A stretch of DNA of 64,000 nt from Thermoanaerobaculia bacterium (GTDB lineage Bacteria > Acidobacteriota > Thermoanaerobaculia > Multivoradales > Multivoraceae). Within the stretch, counting starts at the first letter, position 1, and every line of letters begins with the position of its first letter. The position numbers were made by a program, and so were the translations under genes. Under the pieces are notes generated by a model. It saw only the letters and a list, made by a program, of their open reading frames with translations. It searched no databases and was not told the origin of the DNA. The stretch spans positions 32,001 through 96,000 of the forward strand of contig OY761158.1 in NCBI GenBank assembly GCA_963664405.1. Direction: 5' to 3'. This document shows, piece by piece, positions 9,711 through 19,688 of the stretch.

Positions 9711-10937
9711 TCACGCGGCCGCCACCGGTGGAGGCCGGGCGTAGGCAGGAGTGTCGAGGGGGAAACGTTGGAGGCGGGGACCTTGGCAGGCGGGACAGAT
9801 CGCGAGGTCGATGCCGGTGAGGCGTTGGAGGAGCTCGTTTGTGGTTTCCGACTCGATGGGGATGGGGTGGGAGGTTTCGGCCTGGGTCGCTGTGGCGGTG
9901 GACTCGAGCAGAGCGCGGGCTCGCTCGAGGCGAGAGTGGACGTTGGCCGAGGCCATGAGTCCATAGTGGCGAATCTTTTGGAATCGTCGGGGCAGGACGT
10001 GCAGCACAAAGCGGCGGATGAGCTCCTCGGGAGAGAGCGTCACGGTCTTGCCATCGCGCGTGGCGAGGGTGATGGCCTGCTCCGTGACGTTGAGGATTCT
10101 GTGGTTGGACAGTGCGACTCGATGGGTATAGCGGCCCAGGTAGGAGAAGACCTGCTGCGCACCGGCGAAGGGACGCTTGGCGTAGACGATGAAGTCCTTG
10201 GCGTAGAGCTTCGACAGCAGGCGATCGAAGCCACCGTCCTCGGCCAGATCTCGTGGCAGGTCGAGCTGTCCGTCTTTGTAGGCACGGGCCAGGTGGCCGA
10301 GAAACTTACCGCGGTACAGCCTCCCCAGAAGCTTGACGGCAAACAGATACTTCTCGCCCGTCGAGAGCCACCGCCGTCCGTCGAGGCTGAGTCCTCCGCC
10401 GGTGACGATGGCGTGGATATGGGGGTGGAAACGCAGGTCCCGAGTCCAGGTGTGCAGCACCATCGTGATGCCGAGCAGGGCTCCGAGCCGTTGGGGATCC
10501 TTGCCGAGGGTCAGAAGCGTTTCCGCCGCGGCTCGGAAGAGCAGCTCGTAGACAAGGCGGCGGTTGCGCAGACCCACTGAGGCGAGCTCCCCCGGCAGGG
10601 TGAAGACGACGTGAAAGTAGCCGACCGGGAGAATGCGAGACAGGCGCCGCTCGAGCCAACGGTGCTGATCCAGCGCCTGGCACTTGGGGCAGTGACGATT
10701 CCGGCATGAGTTATACGCAGGGCGCCTATAGCCGCAGTCCCGACACACGTCCAGATGCCCGCCCAGCTGCGCGGTGCGGCAGGCACAGATCGCCCGCACC
10801 ACCTGAGCCTGGTAAGGACTCAAGAAGTGGCGGTCACGGAAGGCGTCGATGTGCGCCCGGAAGATCTCGCCCAGGTCATAGCGAGACCGACCCGCTTTGC
10901 GGTCGAGCTGCCGAGCGCACCCCTGCTGGGGGTGCAC
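9711..10937 (-). CDS. IS91-family transposase
   Basis: Differs from copy 1 by a few residues (L/Y, H/R, P/T). Confidence 0.95.
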   Translation of the reverse strand: MHPQQGCARQLDRKAGRSRYDLGEIFRAHIDAFRDRHFLSPYQAQVVRAICACRTAQLGGHLDVCRDCGYRRPAYNSCRNRHCPKCQALDQHRWLERRLSRILPVGYFHVVFTLPGELASVGLRNRRLVYELLFRAAAETLLTLGKDPQRLGALLGITMVLHTWTRDLRFHPHIHAIVTGGGLSLDGRRWLSTGEKYLFAVKLLGRLYRGKFLGHLARAYKDGQLDLPRDLAEDGGFDRLLSKLYAKDFIVYAKRPFAGAQQVFSYLGRYTHRVALSNHRILNVTEQAITLATRDGKTVTLSPEELIRRFVLHVLPRRFQKIRHYGLMASANVHSRLERARALLESTATATQAETSHPIPIESETTNELLQRLTGIDLAICPACQGPRLQRFPLDTPAYARPPPVAAA

Positions 10938-10955
10938 GGTTGCTGTAGCGCGCGG

Positions 10956-11816
10956 TTATCCGAGGACCTTGCCCGCGGGAGTGCCGAGCAGGTCCAACGG
11001 GCTTGGGGTGCGCGCGATCAGCTGGGTGGAGACCTGTACGTACAGCTGGGTCGTGCGGATCGAGCGGTGACCCAACAGCGCCTGCAGCACACGGATATCG
11101 GTGCCCAGTTCCAGCATGTGGGCGCCAAAGCAGTGACGCAGCAGGTGGGGGGTCACACGCTTGACAATCCCGCAGCGCAAAGCCGCCCGATGCAGGCTCT
11201 TACGCACCGTGTCGGGGCGCAACGTCTTGCCGGAGCGCGGAGCGGGAAACAGATAGGGCGGCTCGGGGCGCTCTTTGCGGAAGTATCGACGCAGCACCTT
11301 GAGAAGCTGCGGGCTGAGAAGGGCGAAGCGGTCGCGCCCGCCCTTACCGTCGCGCACATGGATCAGCATGCGCTCGGAGTCGATGTCGGACACCTCCAGC
11401 GCGCACGCTTCGCTGATGCGCAGGCCCGAAGCGTACAGAACCGTGGCCAACGTACGCAGCTCGTGCGAGCGGATCGCGCCAAGCACCGCCGCGACCTCGG
11501 TGCCCGAGAGGATGACCGGAAGCTGCGTGCGCACCTTCGGCGCGCCTAACGAGGGCACCATCTCCTCGCGGTGAAGGGTGATCCCGTAGAAGAACTTCAG
11601 CGCCGCCGTGTAGGTGCTGATACTCGCCGAGCTCAAAGCACGGTCCTCGCGGAGGTAGAGCAGGAAACTGCGCACCTCCTCTTCGCACAGCTCATCGGGC
11701 GATCGTCCGTAGTGCTTCGTCAGCTGGCGCACGCAGTGCAAGTACTGCGATTGGGTCGCCGGTCGAAAGTCGTGCAGCTTCATGTCCGTCTCCATCCGAT
11801 CTCTCAGTGCACCCAT
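10956..11816 (-). CDS. Tyrosine recombinase/integrase
   Basis: Near-identical to 2950..3810. Confidence 0.95.
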   Translation of the reverse strand: MGALRDRMETDMKLHDFRPATQSQYLHCVRQLTKHYGRSPDELCEEEVRSFLLYLREDRALSSASISTYTAALKFFYGITLHREEMVPSLGAPKVRTQLPVILSGTEVAAVLGAIRSHELRTLATVLYASGLRISEACALEVSDIDSERMLIHVRDGKGGRDRFALLSPQLLKVLRRYFRKERPEPPYLFPAPRSGKTLRPDTVRKSLHRAALRCGIVKRVTPHLLRHCFGAHMLELGTDIRVLQALLGHRSIRTTQLYVQVSTQLIARTPSPLDLLGTPAGKVLG

Positions 11817-12429
11817 GACAGGGTCCTCCTCGTTGAAGGCGTCGGCAGTGACGCCAAACCAAGAGGATGGAGACTTTCCTAGACCTTGACTAGCTCAAGC
11901 TAGATCCCACCGTGCCGGAGTATCCGTCCGTCTTCGATCCGGATTCCGAAACTGCCGCGCAGCGGCCTTCGTTCAAAAGTGCAAAAACACCCGCTCGAAG
12001 CGTTCTGGGACGAGGGTCCCGGCTCATCTGCGCGGCAAGGATCTTGACCGCCAACCTCCCGTTTCAGGCTGGTGTCAGGCGGGTGTCTGGGCCTTGTTAC
12101 AGGTTCCCCTCTATCGCACTCGCCTAGCGAGACGATCTCGTTGGGGCCGGGGCGGATGGCCTGGCTCTAGGGCCACGGTAGGGTCGTTTCTGCTCCCCGC
12201 TGACCGCCGGGTCAGATCCGTGAAAAAGGTGCTCGGTCCGGAGAGAGGTTCCATAGATAGAGACCGATAGGAGTCCCGGAACCGGATAGCCCCCCCGGGG
12301 TGCAATTTTGGGTGCATCGCGTGGCAACGAACGCCCATCTTCGCCAACCATCGCCAACGAGCGGGGCATCCCCAACTCCCCCACTTTACTGTGGTTGAGC
12401 GTTGAGCTCTGTTGATTCTCATTGGACCA

Positions 12430-12488
12430 GGGCAGACTTAAACTCTCCCGCCGCAAGGCTTCCGGGTTCGAGTCCCTGCTCCGGTACC
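12430..12488 (+). pseudogene. 3' fragment of tRNA-Leu(TAA), att-like remnant
   Basis: GACTTAAA anticodon loop, long variable arm GCCGCAAGGC, T-arm GGGTTCGAGTCCC, then CTCCGGTACC; no D-arm or 5' acceptor strand. Confidence 0.75.
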
Positions 12489-12494
12489 GTTTCC

Positions 12495-14045
12495 TCACTC
12501 GCCAATGGCGGTAGTGGACCAGCCAGCTTGGACACGGCTACGCCGGAGGACGACTTCGAACTGCTCGGGCGGCATCGGCTTGCCAAACAAGAAGCCTTGC
12601 CCCGCGTCGCAGCCCTTCTGCTGCAAGAACGCAAGCTGACTCTCGGTCTCGACACCCTTGGCGATCACCTCCAGGCCTAGTTCTTTGGCGAGAACGATGG
12701 TCGCGTTGATGATGGCTGCGCTGTCCGAATGCCCGGGTACTCCCGCAACGAGGGAGCCATCGATCTTCAGCGAGCTGAGAGGATAGCGAAGGAGGTTGCT
12801 GAGCGACGAATAGCCGGTACCAAAGTCGTCCATCATGAATCTCACCCCGGCCTTACCGAGCTCGGCGAGATACTGAACCACTCGTTCCATCTGGCTGGCC
12901 GCGTCCTTCTCGTTGATCTCCAGGCGCAACCACTCGGGAGCAAGACCGCTGACCTCGAGGGCACGGGTGACGACCGGCACGAGGTTTCCGGCCTGAATCT
13001 GGCGCAGCGATACATTCACCGAAATGGGGACCGGAAGCAATCCCGCTCGTTGCCACTCGGCGTTCTGGCGACATGCCTGGGCGATCACCCAAGCGCCGAG
13101 AGAGGGGATGAGCCCACATTCTTCTGCCAGCGGGATGAATGTCTCTGGCGCTATGGTGCCCTTTCTTGGATGTTCCCAGCGGGTCAGGACTTCAACCCCG
13201 ATCACCTGCCCATCGGTCAGGGCGACCTGCGGCTGGAAGTGGAGACAGAGCTCGTCCCGATTGAACGCGCCACGGAGATCCTGCTCGAGACCCCTTCGAA
13301 ACTGCGCCCACTCCTTCATCGACGGGTCGAAGACCTGTAGGCTGTTGCTACGCTCTCTCTTCGCTCGATACAGCGCGGCGTCAGCGTTTCTCATCAGCTG
13401 TACCGGACCGTCGGCATCCTTGGGGAAGAGGCTCACTCCCATGCTGCAAGGAGCGTAGATCTCATGCCCTTCCAGGTGAAGCGGCGACTTGAAAGCCGCA
13501 AGAACCCGCTCCGCCAAGACCAGGAGCTCCCGCCCATTCTCCGCCAGCGGCAAGATCAGGCCGAATTCGTCACCCCCGTAACGAGCCACAGTGTCGCCTA
13601 CCCGCACCGCCGAGGTCAGCCTCTTCGCGACCTGCCAAAGTACCTGATCGCCGCAATGATGTCCAAAGCTGTCGTTCACGTCCTTGAAGTGATCCACGTC
13701 GACGAGCAGCACGCCCACGGATCGACCTTGCCGGTGCGACGAGGCGAGCTCGCTCGCGAGCAGCTCATCGAAGGTTCGGCGATTGGGAAGCCCCGTCACC
13801 GCATCGATCTTGGCGACTCGGGAGAGCCGTGCATTGATCGATCTCGAGAACCAAAGGGCGGTTGCCAACACAACAATGGCAAAGACGGCCAAAACCACGC
13901 CAAGGGCGGCGGGACCGACCCCGATCCCGATGCGGGGAAAGAACACTCCCGAGACTACAAAGATGGCCGAGGACAGGACCAACAGGAGGAGCCAGCCCGA
14001 CCTCGCAAAGACGACATCCTGTTCGCGGGACCAAAGGAGAGGCAT
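12495..14045 (-). CDS. Membrane-anchored GGDEF-EAL protein
   Basis: Two TM helices, GGDEF, EVL, DDFGTGYSS; start likely MPLLW at 14045. Confidence 0.9.
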   Translation of the reverse strand: MPLLWSREQDVVFARSGWLLLLVLSSAIFVVSGVFFPRIGIGVGPAALGVVLAVFAIVVLATALWFSRSINARLSRVAKIDAVTGLPNRRTFDELLASELASSHRQGRSVGVLLVDVDHFKDVNDSFGHHCGDQVLWQVAKRLTSAVRVGDTVARYGGDEFGLILPLAENGRELLVLAERVLAAFKSPLHLEGHEIYAPCSMGVSLFPKDADGPVQLMRNADAALYRAKRERSNSLQVFDPSMKEWAQFRRGLEQDLRGAFNRDELCLHFQPQVALTDGQVIGVEVLTRWEHPRKGTIAPETFIPLAEECGLIPSLGAWVIAQACRQNAEWQRAGLLPVPISVNVSLRQIQAGNLVPVVTRALEVSGLAPEWLRLEINEKDAASQMERVVQYLAELGKAGVRFMMDDFGTGYSSLSNLLRYPLSSLKIDGSLVAGVPGHSDSAAIINATIVLAKELGLEVIAKGVETESQLAFLQQKGCDAGQGFLFGKPMPPEQFEVVLRRSRVQAGWSTTAIGE

Positions 14046-14365
14046 TAGTCGGCTCCGGCGGAGAGCGCGAGTAGGGAATCGTCCGGGGTCTTCTGCAAAT
14101 AACGCTCGAAGTCCTCCGCAGAGAGGGCGGGGCTCATGATGTGGCCTTGAATCTGGTCGCACTCCTGTTGGGCTAGGAATTGCAACTGCGCCCTGCTCTC
14201 CACACCCTCCGCCACCACTTTCAGATTCAGTCGATGGGCCATCGCGATGATCGCAGCGACGAGTGCTGACCCTCCGAGACTAGCTCGCACGTCGTCAACG
14301 TAGGATTCCCCGATCTTTACGTAGTCCACCGGGACGCTCCGGAGCAGTGTGATCGAGGAGTATCC
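14045..14365 (-). pseudogene. C-terminal EAL fragment of the IS-disrupted TPR-GGDEF-EAL gene
   Basis: GYSSITLL...VAEGVES...QIQG continues the DDFGTG that ends at 16310. Confidence 0.88.
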
Positions 14366-14443
14366 CTTGGGTTCAAGGGGTCGTCGCAACGTTGCCTTGG
14401 TGAGCAGAGTGTACAAACTCATCGAAGACTTCGGCAGGGGTTC
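14366..14443 (-). mobile_element. IS30 right-end remnant
   Basis: Near-identical to 14858-14935. Confidence 0.85.
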
Positions 14444-14857
14444 TGAGCGGTCACGGTTTCGTGGACACCAAGTTAAGCCCCATCGGGGCAGTTCCTATTC
14501 TGCATCAGTTCGGGTAGTCAGCTTCGGACGAGGCTGTGCGAGGTTCGGGGAGCGCAGCCTCCCTTCGGATCCGACCGCCGGTCGCGCGTGAGTTCACGCT
14601 GCCCCTTCGAAGGCCTCGGGGCTCAGGAATCCGAGCGTCGAATGCTGGCGTCTCAGGTTGTAGAACACTTCGAGGTAAGAAACCGCTTCGTCGTGAGCTC
14701 GCTGACGAGTCTCGAAGGGTCGGTCCCAGACCTCGGTCTTGAGACTGTCGAAGAAGCTCTCCAAGACCGCATTGTCATAACAATTTCCGACGCCGGACAT
14801 GCTGCAGCGAAACCGCAGCTCAGCCAGCCGATCCTGGTAAGCCTTCGAGGCGTACTG
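14444..14857 (-). mobile_element. IS3-family right-end fragment with truncated transposase C-terminus (14594-14857)
   Basis: QYAS...SMSGVGNCYDNAVLESFF...YN..R.HSTLGFLSP; terminus TGAGCGGTCACGGTTTCGTGGACAC. Confidence 0.85.
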
Positions 14858-16309
14858 CTTGGGTTCAAGGAGTCGTCGCAGCGTTGCCTTGGTGAGCAGA
14901 GTGTACAAGCTCATCGAAGACTTCGGCAGGGGTTCTCCAGCCGAGGGTCTTGCGGGGTCGGCCGTTGAGTGCGAGCGCGACCGCGGCGAGGTCGTCGCAG
15001 GAGTATCTGACAAGGTCGGTGCCCTTCGGGAAGTACTGGCGTAGTAGTCCGTTGGTGTTCTCGTTGGTGCCCCGCTGCCAGGGGCTGTGCGGGTCGCAGA
15101 AGTAGATCGCGAGGCCGGTATCGACGCGGAGTTGAGCGTGTTGAGCCATCTCGGCGCCCTGGTCCCAGGTCAAGGACCGGCGGAGCTGCTCGGGCAGCGT
15201 GGTGATTGACACCGCGATCGCGTCACGGACGGCTTCGGCGCCGTGCCCGGCGAGGGCCGGCCCGTTCTTCACCCTCGATTCGGTCCCGTGCCCTTCCATG
15301 CGGGGCAGGTGCAGCAGCATCGTGAACCGCGTAGTGCGTTCGACGAGGGTCCCGATCGCTGAGCTCTCGAGCCCGACGATCAGGTCGCCTTCCCAGTGAC
15401 CCGGCACGGCCCTGTCGCCGGCTTCGGCGGGGCGTTCGCTGATCATGATCTCCGGAGTTACAAATTTCTTGCCTCTCCCCCGGGTTCGCGCATGCGGCAC
15501 TCGTAGCGCTCGCCCGGTTCGCAGGCACGCGACGAGCTCGCGTTTGAGGGCTCCTCGACCTTGGATGTAGAGCGCTTGGTAGATCGCCTCGTGAGAGATC
15601 CGCATCGACTCATTATGGGGGAAATCAATCCGAAGCCGGTTCGAGATCTGCTCCGGACTCCAGGATTTCGCCCAACGCCGATCCTGGCGACGGCCGTGCC
15701 GACGGCCGATCCAACGCACATCCGGACCCGGCACCAGCTCCCCGTCAGGCCTTGCGATCACGCCGGCGAGGCGGTTCTGCACGTACTCACGCAAGGCATC
15801 GTTCGCGGCAAGCTTGGAGACCTTCGGACGGCTGGCGCGCCGCTCCGCGTGCCACTGCGCAGTCGTGGCCCGATAAGTTACGGCACGGCTGCGAGTCGCC
15901 GCGTTGCGGCGCAGCTCCCGCGAAATCGTCGACGGTGAACGACCCAGGCGGCGAGCGATCTCACGTACCCCAACATGCTGAGCGTGAAGGATGGCGATCT
16001 CTTCACGCTCGGCGAACGACAGATAACGCCCCGACACCGGAGCCAACGAGATAGGTCGCATTCCACCAGCTTGCCTGAACCATCTCGACCCGACAGCCGG
16101 CGACACCCCAGCCTCTGTTGCGGCGTCCTCGCTGGACGCCCCACGAGCGATCGTCTCCCAGAACCGGATCCGGTCCTCGCGCCGCGCTGTCGAGGGCCGG
16201 CCAGGTGACCGCATCTGGCCACGCATCGCTCGAATCGCACCCTGACACTTGCCAACTCCCATCGAAACACCTCCATCACGAGATGTTGCGACGACCAGTT
16301 GAATCCGCC
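14858..16309 (-). mobile_element. IS30-family element
   Basis: Imperfect ~26-bp terminal IRs CTTGGGTTCAAGGAGTCGTCGCAGCG and TGTTGCGACGACCAGTTGAATCCGCC. Confidence 0.9.
14865..16262 (-). CDS. IS30-family DDE transposase
   Basis: HTH SPSTISRELRRN, GHWEGD, TWDQGAEM, SPWQRGTNENTNGLLRQY. Confidence 0.95.
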   Translation of the reverse strand: MGVGKCQGAIRAMRGQMRSPGRPSTARREDRIRFWETIARGASSEDAATEAGVSPAVGSRWFRQAGGMRPISLAPVSGRYLSFAEREEIAILHAQHVGVREIARRLGRSPSTISRELRRNAATRSRAVTYRATTAQWHAERRASRPKVSKLAANDALREYVQNRLAGVIARPDGELVPGPDVRWIGRRHGRRQDRRWAKSWSPEQISNRLRIDFPHNESMRISHEAIYQALYIQGRGALKRELVACLRTGRALRVPHARTRGRGKKFVTPEIMISERPAEAGDRAVPGHWEGDLIVGLESSAIGTLVERTTRFTMLLHLPRMEGHGTESRVKNGPALAGHGAEAVRDAIAVSITTLPEQLRRSLTWDQGAEMAQHAQLRVDTGLAIYFCDPHSPWQRGTNENTNGLLRQYFPKGTDLVRYSCDDLAAVALALNGRPRKTLGWRTPAEVFDELVHSAHQGNAATTP

Positions 16310-17965
16310 TCCCGTCCCAAAGTCGTCAAGACTGAGCCCCACCCCCATGCCTTTCAGCACCTCGAGCGCGGCGATGGTTGTCGCGTCGTCTTGCATGATG
16401 GTTCGCTCGGTGATCTCGAGGCGGAGCATCGAAGGATTCATCCCAGCTTCCTGGAGTATCTCGGCGATCCTGGCTACTCTCGCTGGGTAGTTGAGCTGGT
16501 GCCCCGACACGTTGACCGAGAGCGGAACTTCCACTGAGCCCTCGCTGTGCCAGAGCCGCCACTGCTCGCAGGCGGTGCGCAGGACCCACACTCCGAGGGG
16601 GAGAATGAGTCCAGTCTCCTCGGCGATCGGGATGAATTGGCTCGGGCTGACCGATCCCAATGTCGGGCTCTGCCAGCGCAGCAGCGCTTCGGCGCCAGCA
16701 AGCTTCAGGGTCCGCGTATGGTGGATGGGCTGATAGTGAAGAGAGAACTGGTCGCCTTCTAACGCCTCGCGCAGGCAGGTCTCGAGATCCTGTCTGCGTT
16801 TCATTCGGTGACTGACGATGTCCGAAAAGAATCGGCAGCTGCTCCGTCCCCGAATCTCCCCTTGATGCAAGGTCGTCTCCGCGTTGCGGAGCAGCTGATC
16901 CGGAGTCGTCCCCTGATGGGGGGCGATAGCGACACCTGCGCTGGCAGCGAGCCAATAGTCGCGGCCGTCTACCGAGAACGGCTTCTCGAAGCCTTCCAGA
17001 ATCAGGTCGACGAAGGTGGCGAGATGCCCGCTATCCCTCATGTCTTGGAGCACCACAACGAATTCGTCATCGCCTACGCGAGCGACCAAGTCCATCTCAC
17101 GGATCGAGCCAGAGAGACGCTCGGCGACGGACTTGAGCAACGCATCTCCGAGCGAGTGCCCGCCGCTGGCATTGATCGCCCTGAACCCATCAAGGTCGAT
17201 GAAGAGGACGGCGACCCTCTGCTTGGTACGTTGCGCATGAGCGACGGAGAGGGTGAGACTGTTGAGAAGGAAAGTGCGGTTGTACGCGCCCGTCACCGTG
17301 TCGCGGGTGGCGAAGCGGTACTGGTCCTCACGGGCGCTGCGAAGCTCCAGCGCCAAGCGTTCGCGCTCTCTCTGACCCCCAGGCCCCCGGCGTGGCCTTG
17401 CCAACAGCCGATTCAGGAAATGGTCTCGGGGTAAAACAGGCAGCGGAACCCTCTTCCTCCACCCAAGTCCGCCGCGCACGCGGAGCAGTTGCTGGTGGTC
17501 GGGGTCGATCTCGAGACCTCGGTCAAGAGCCTCTATGGCAAGCCTCCGCTGCTCGGCTAGTAGATGAGTCCGCGCCAGATTGAGGTAGTTCTCAGGCTCT
17601 GACGGCTCAGCCCGAAGGGCACGTTGGCAGAGTGCGAGGCCCTCGGATTGCTTTCCTTCGAGAGACGCGATCCCGTAACCCAGATACGACCAGGCGAGTG
17701 TTGGCGGACCTGGCGCAATCGGCGAGCTGTTACCTGGGGCCCGCGCGCTTTCTAGCGGATTGGAAGGCAACGGGCGGTGGGCTTTCGCGCCGAACTTGTT
17801 GACGGAGAAGAGCAGGTTGGGGAGCCCCTCCTTCCACATCCCCGTGCGGCAGAGATTGATGCCGTGCCAGGCCAGGTCAATCAGGTCCTGCGTGCCGGAA
17901 TCAATGCTAGGTGCACTCGCACTTCGTAGGTCTTGAACGACCCTCGCTCTGATCAACCTGTTCAT
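16310..17965 (-). pseudogene. N-terminal part of TPR-GGDEF(GDDEF)-EAL gene, interrupted by IS30
   Basis: TPR-like helices, GDDEF, EAL; ends at DDFGTG where the IS30 IR begins. Confidence 0.88.
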
Positions 17966-18525
17966 GACTGGAACCTGGGCTATGGAACTAGAGCACTTCT
18001 CCGTCAGGCTATCGTCAGGGGATCTCTCCCTCGGCCCCGAGTTCTACACCCTTCCGCAGGAGCGGGACTCGCCGACCTGACAACATCTCTCAATAGCCTC
18101 GAAGGGGTGGGAGATCGGGCGGTAGCAGTCGAGCTGGCCGCAGGCGCCGAATCTGAGGCGGAGGCCCAGTTCCAAGGGGGTACCCTCCTCATGCTCGAAA
18201 GGCTGCACAAAGTGGGACCGCTCTGGCCCCTCTCGTGCCGGCCGTAGTGACGCCCGTGGGTCTGACGGCGGATGGACGGCTTGCCGTGGTGGCGCCTCTT
18301 AACTATAGGGCCTGGACCAGGAAGGTGCCAGTGCCGGAAGGTGCCAGCCGAAGAACGGACAGCCCGAGCTGGTGCCGTTGACATGCGATCTCTTAGCGAG
18401 GATAGCCCGTCGGTTTAAACAATATGAGCCTGCCGCCGCCCGGCTGCTCGCCTTCAATCGGACCAGGTGGTGCGGTGAAGTCGATCAGAACCGGTGTCTA
18501 AGCTGCCCCCTTCACTTGTTACCGG

Positions 18526-18882
18526 CTACGAGAAAGCGCACTTAGTTGGCTGCGAGTCGGTTTTTTGTCCCCGCGAGGCGTGACTCAGGGTGTGGCGCAG
18601 ATAGTCGAGGTACCCCTCGGGGGGTGGCGTCGTGGGGAGTTCTCGGAGGATGGGGAGAAAGTAGGCGAGGGATCGGATGGGCTGGAGCTTTGGTAGGCGC
18701 GGATCTCGGCATGCGCGTCGGGCGGAGCCGAGGAGGAGGGCGGCCTGGAGGACGGTGAGAGGCAGGTCTTGGTCGAAGAGCTGGTCGACGATGACGCGGT
18801 CGCCGTGGTGGAAGCGGTGCGGGGTGTCGGGAAGGAGTCGATAGAGGCGGAGGAGCTGGCGCCGATAGTGGCTTCGGGTCAT
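18526..18882 (-). CDS. IS21-associated hypothetical protein
   Basis: Start overlaps the istB stop (ATGA); lies inside the IRs. Confidence 0.65.
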   Translation of the reverse strand: MTRSHYRRQLLRLYRLLPDTPHRFHHGDRVIVDQLFDQDLPLTVLQAALLLGSARRACRDPRLPKLQPIRSLAYFLPILRELPTTPPPEGYLDYLRHTLSHASRGQKTDSQPTKCAFS

Positions 18883-19688
18883 GAGCGTCGTCGTGCTGCG
18901 CTCCGCCTTTTGGCGCGGTCCTTGGCCTTTTTTTCAGCAGCCTCCTTGGCCTCCTTGCGGCGATAGGAGTTAGCCTCGATCTTGACGATCTCGGCGTGGT
19001 GGGTGAGTCGATCGACGAGAGTGACGACGCAGGAGGCGTTGGGAAAGACCTCGGCCCATTCGGCGAAGGGCTTGTTGGTGGTGAGAAGAATGGGCTTGTT
19101 GCCGTATCTCCTGGAGACGACCTCGAAGAGGAGATCCGCGTGGCGGTGGTCGTAGGAGAGATAGCCGAGCTCATCGATTGCCAAAAGCGAGGGTCGGGTG
19201 TATTTGGAGAGCCTTCTCTGGAGCGCCGAGGGGGTTTCCTGGACGGCGAGATCGTTGAGCATGTCGGAGGCGGTGACGAAGCTGGCGGTGGCCCCTCGTT
19301 GCAGCGCCTGGTAGAGGAGGTTCTTGGCAATCATGGTCTTGCCGACACCGTTGGGTCCGAGGAGGATGACGTTGGTGATGTCGTCGAGGAATTGGAGGGT
19401 GAGCAGATCCTGGATCTGCTCGCGGTCGATGCGCTGGGGCCAGGAGAAGTCGAAGTCGGCGATGCTCTTGAAGAGCCCGACGCGGCTGGTGCGGATGCGC
19501 CGTTCGAGGCTGCGCCGTTTGCGCTCGGCCTCTTCTTTGCGCAGCAGCTGTTCGAGCCAGGGCTGTTCTCGGTAGGTGCCCCAGTCGTCGACGAGGGCGT
19601 AGAAGCCGAGGGATCGGGCGAGCTCTCGTAGTGGTTCGTCAGGGATCGTTGGACTCTTCCTGGGTCGGGCCATCGTCGTTGCCTCCAA
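18879..19688 (-). CDS. istB: IS21 helper ATPase IstB
   Basis: FDFSWP, Walker A GPNGVGKT, Walker B LLAIDELGY, DRLTHH, SYR. Confidence 0.93.
   Translation of the reverse strand: MEATTMARPRKSPTIPDEPLRELARSLGFYALVDDWGTYREQPWLEQLLRKEEAERKRRSLERRIRTSRVGLFKSIADFDFSWPQRIDREQIQDLLTLQFLDDITNVILLGPNGVGKTMIAKNLLYQALQRGATASFVTASDMLNDLAVQETPSALQRRLSKYTRPSLLAIDELGYLSYDHRHADLLFEVVSRRYGNKPILLTTNKPFAEWAEVFPNASCVVTLVDRLTHHAEIVKIEANSYRRKEAKEAAEKKAKDRAKRRSAARRRS

Larger units (their letters stand above)
9380..11976 (-). mobile_element. IS91-family element with tyrosine recombinase, copy 2 (inverted)
   Basis: Same length as copy 1 (2597 bp), with scattered SNPs. Confidence 0.92.

Noticed and set aside
12430-12488. 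Functional tRNA-Leu
   Set aside because: No 5' acceptor strand or D-arm, and stem mismatches
17966-18516. Short ORFs or a c-di-GMP riboswitch upstream of the GGDEF/EAL genes
   Set aside because: ORFs lack recognisable features and I could not identify a riboswitch consensus by eye
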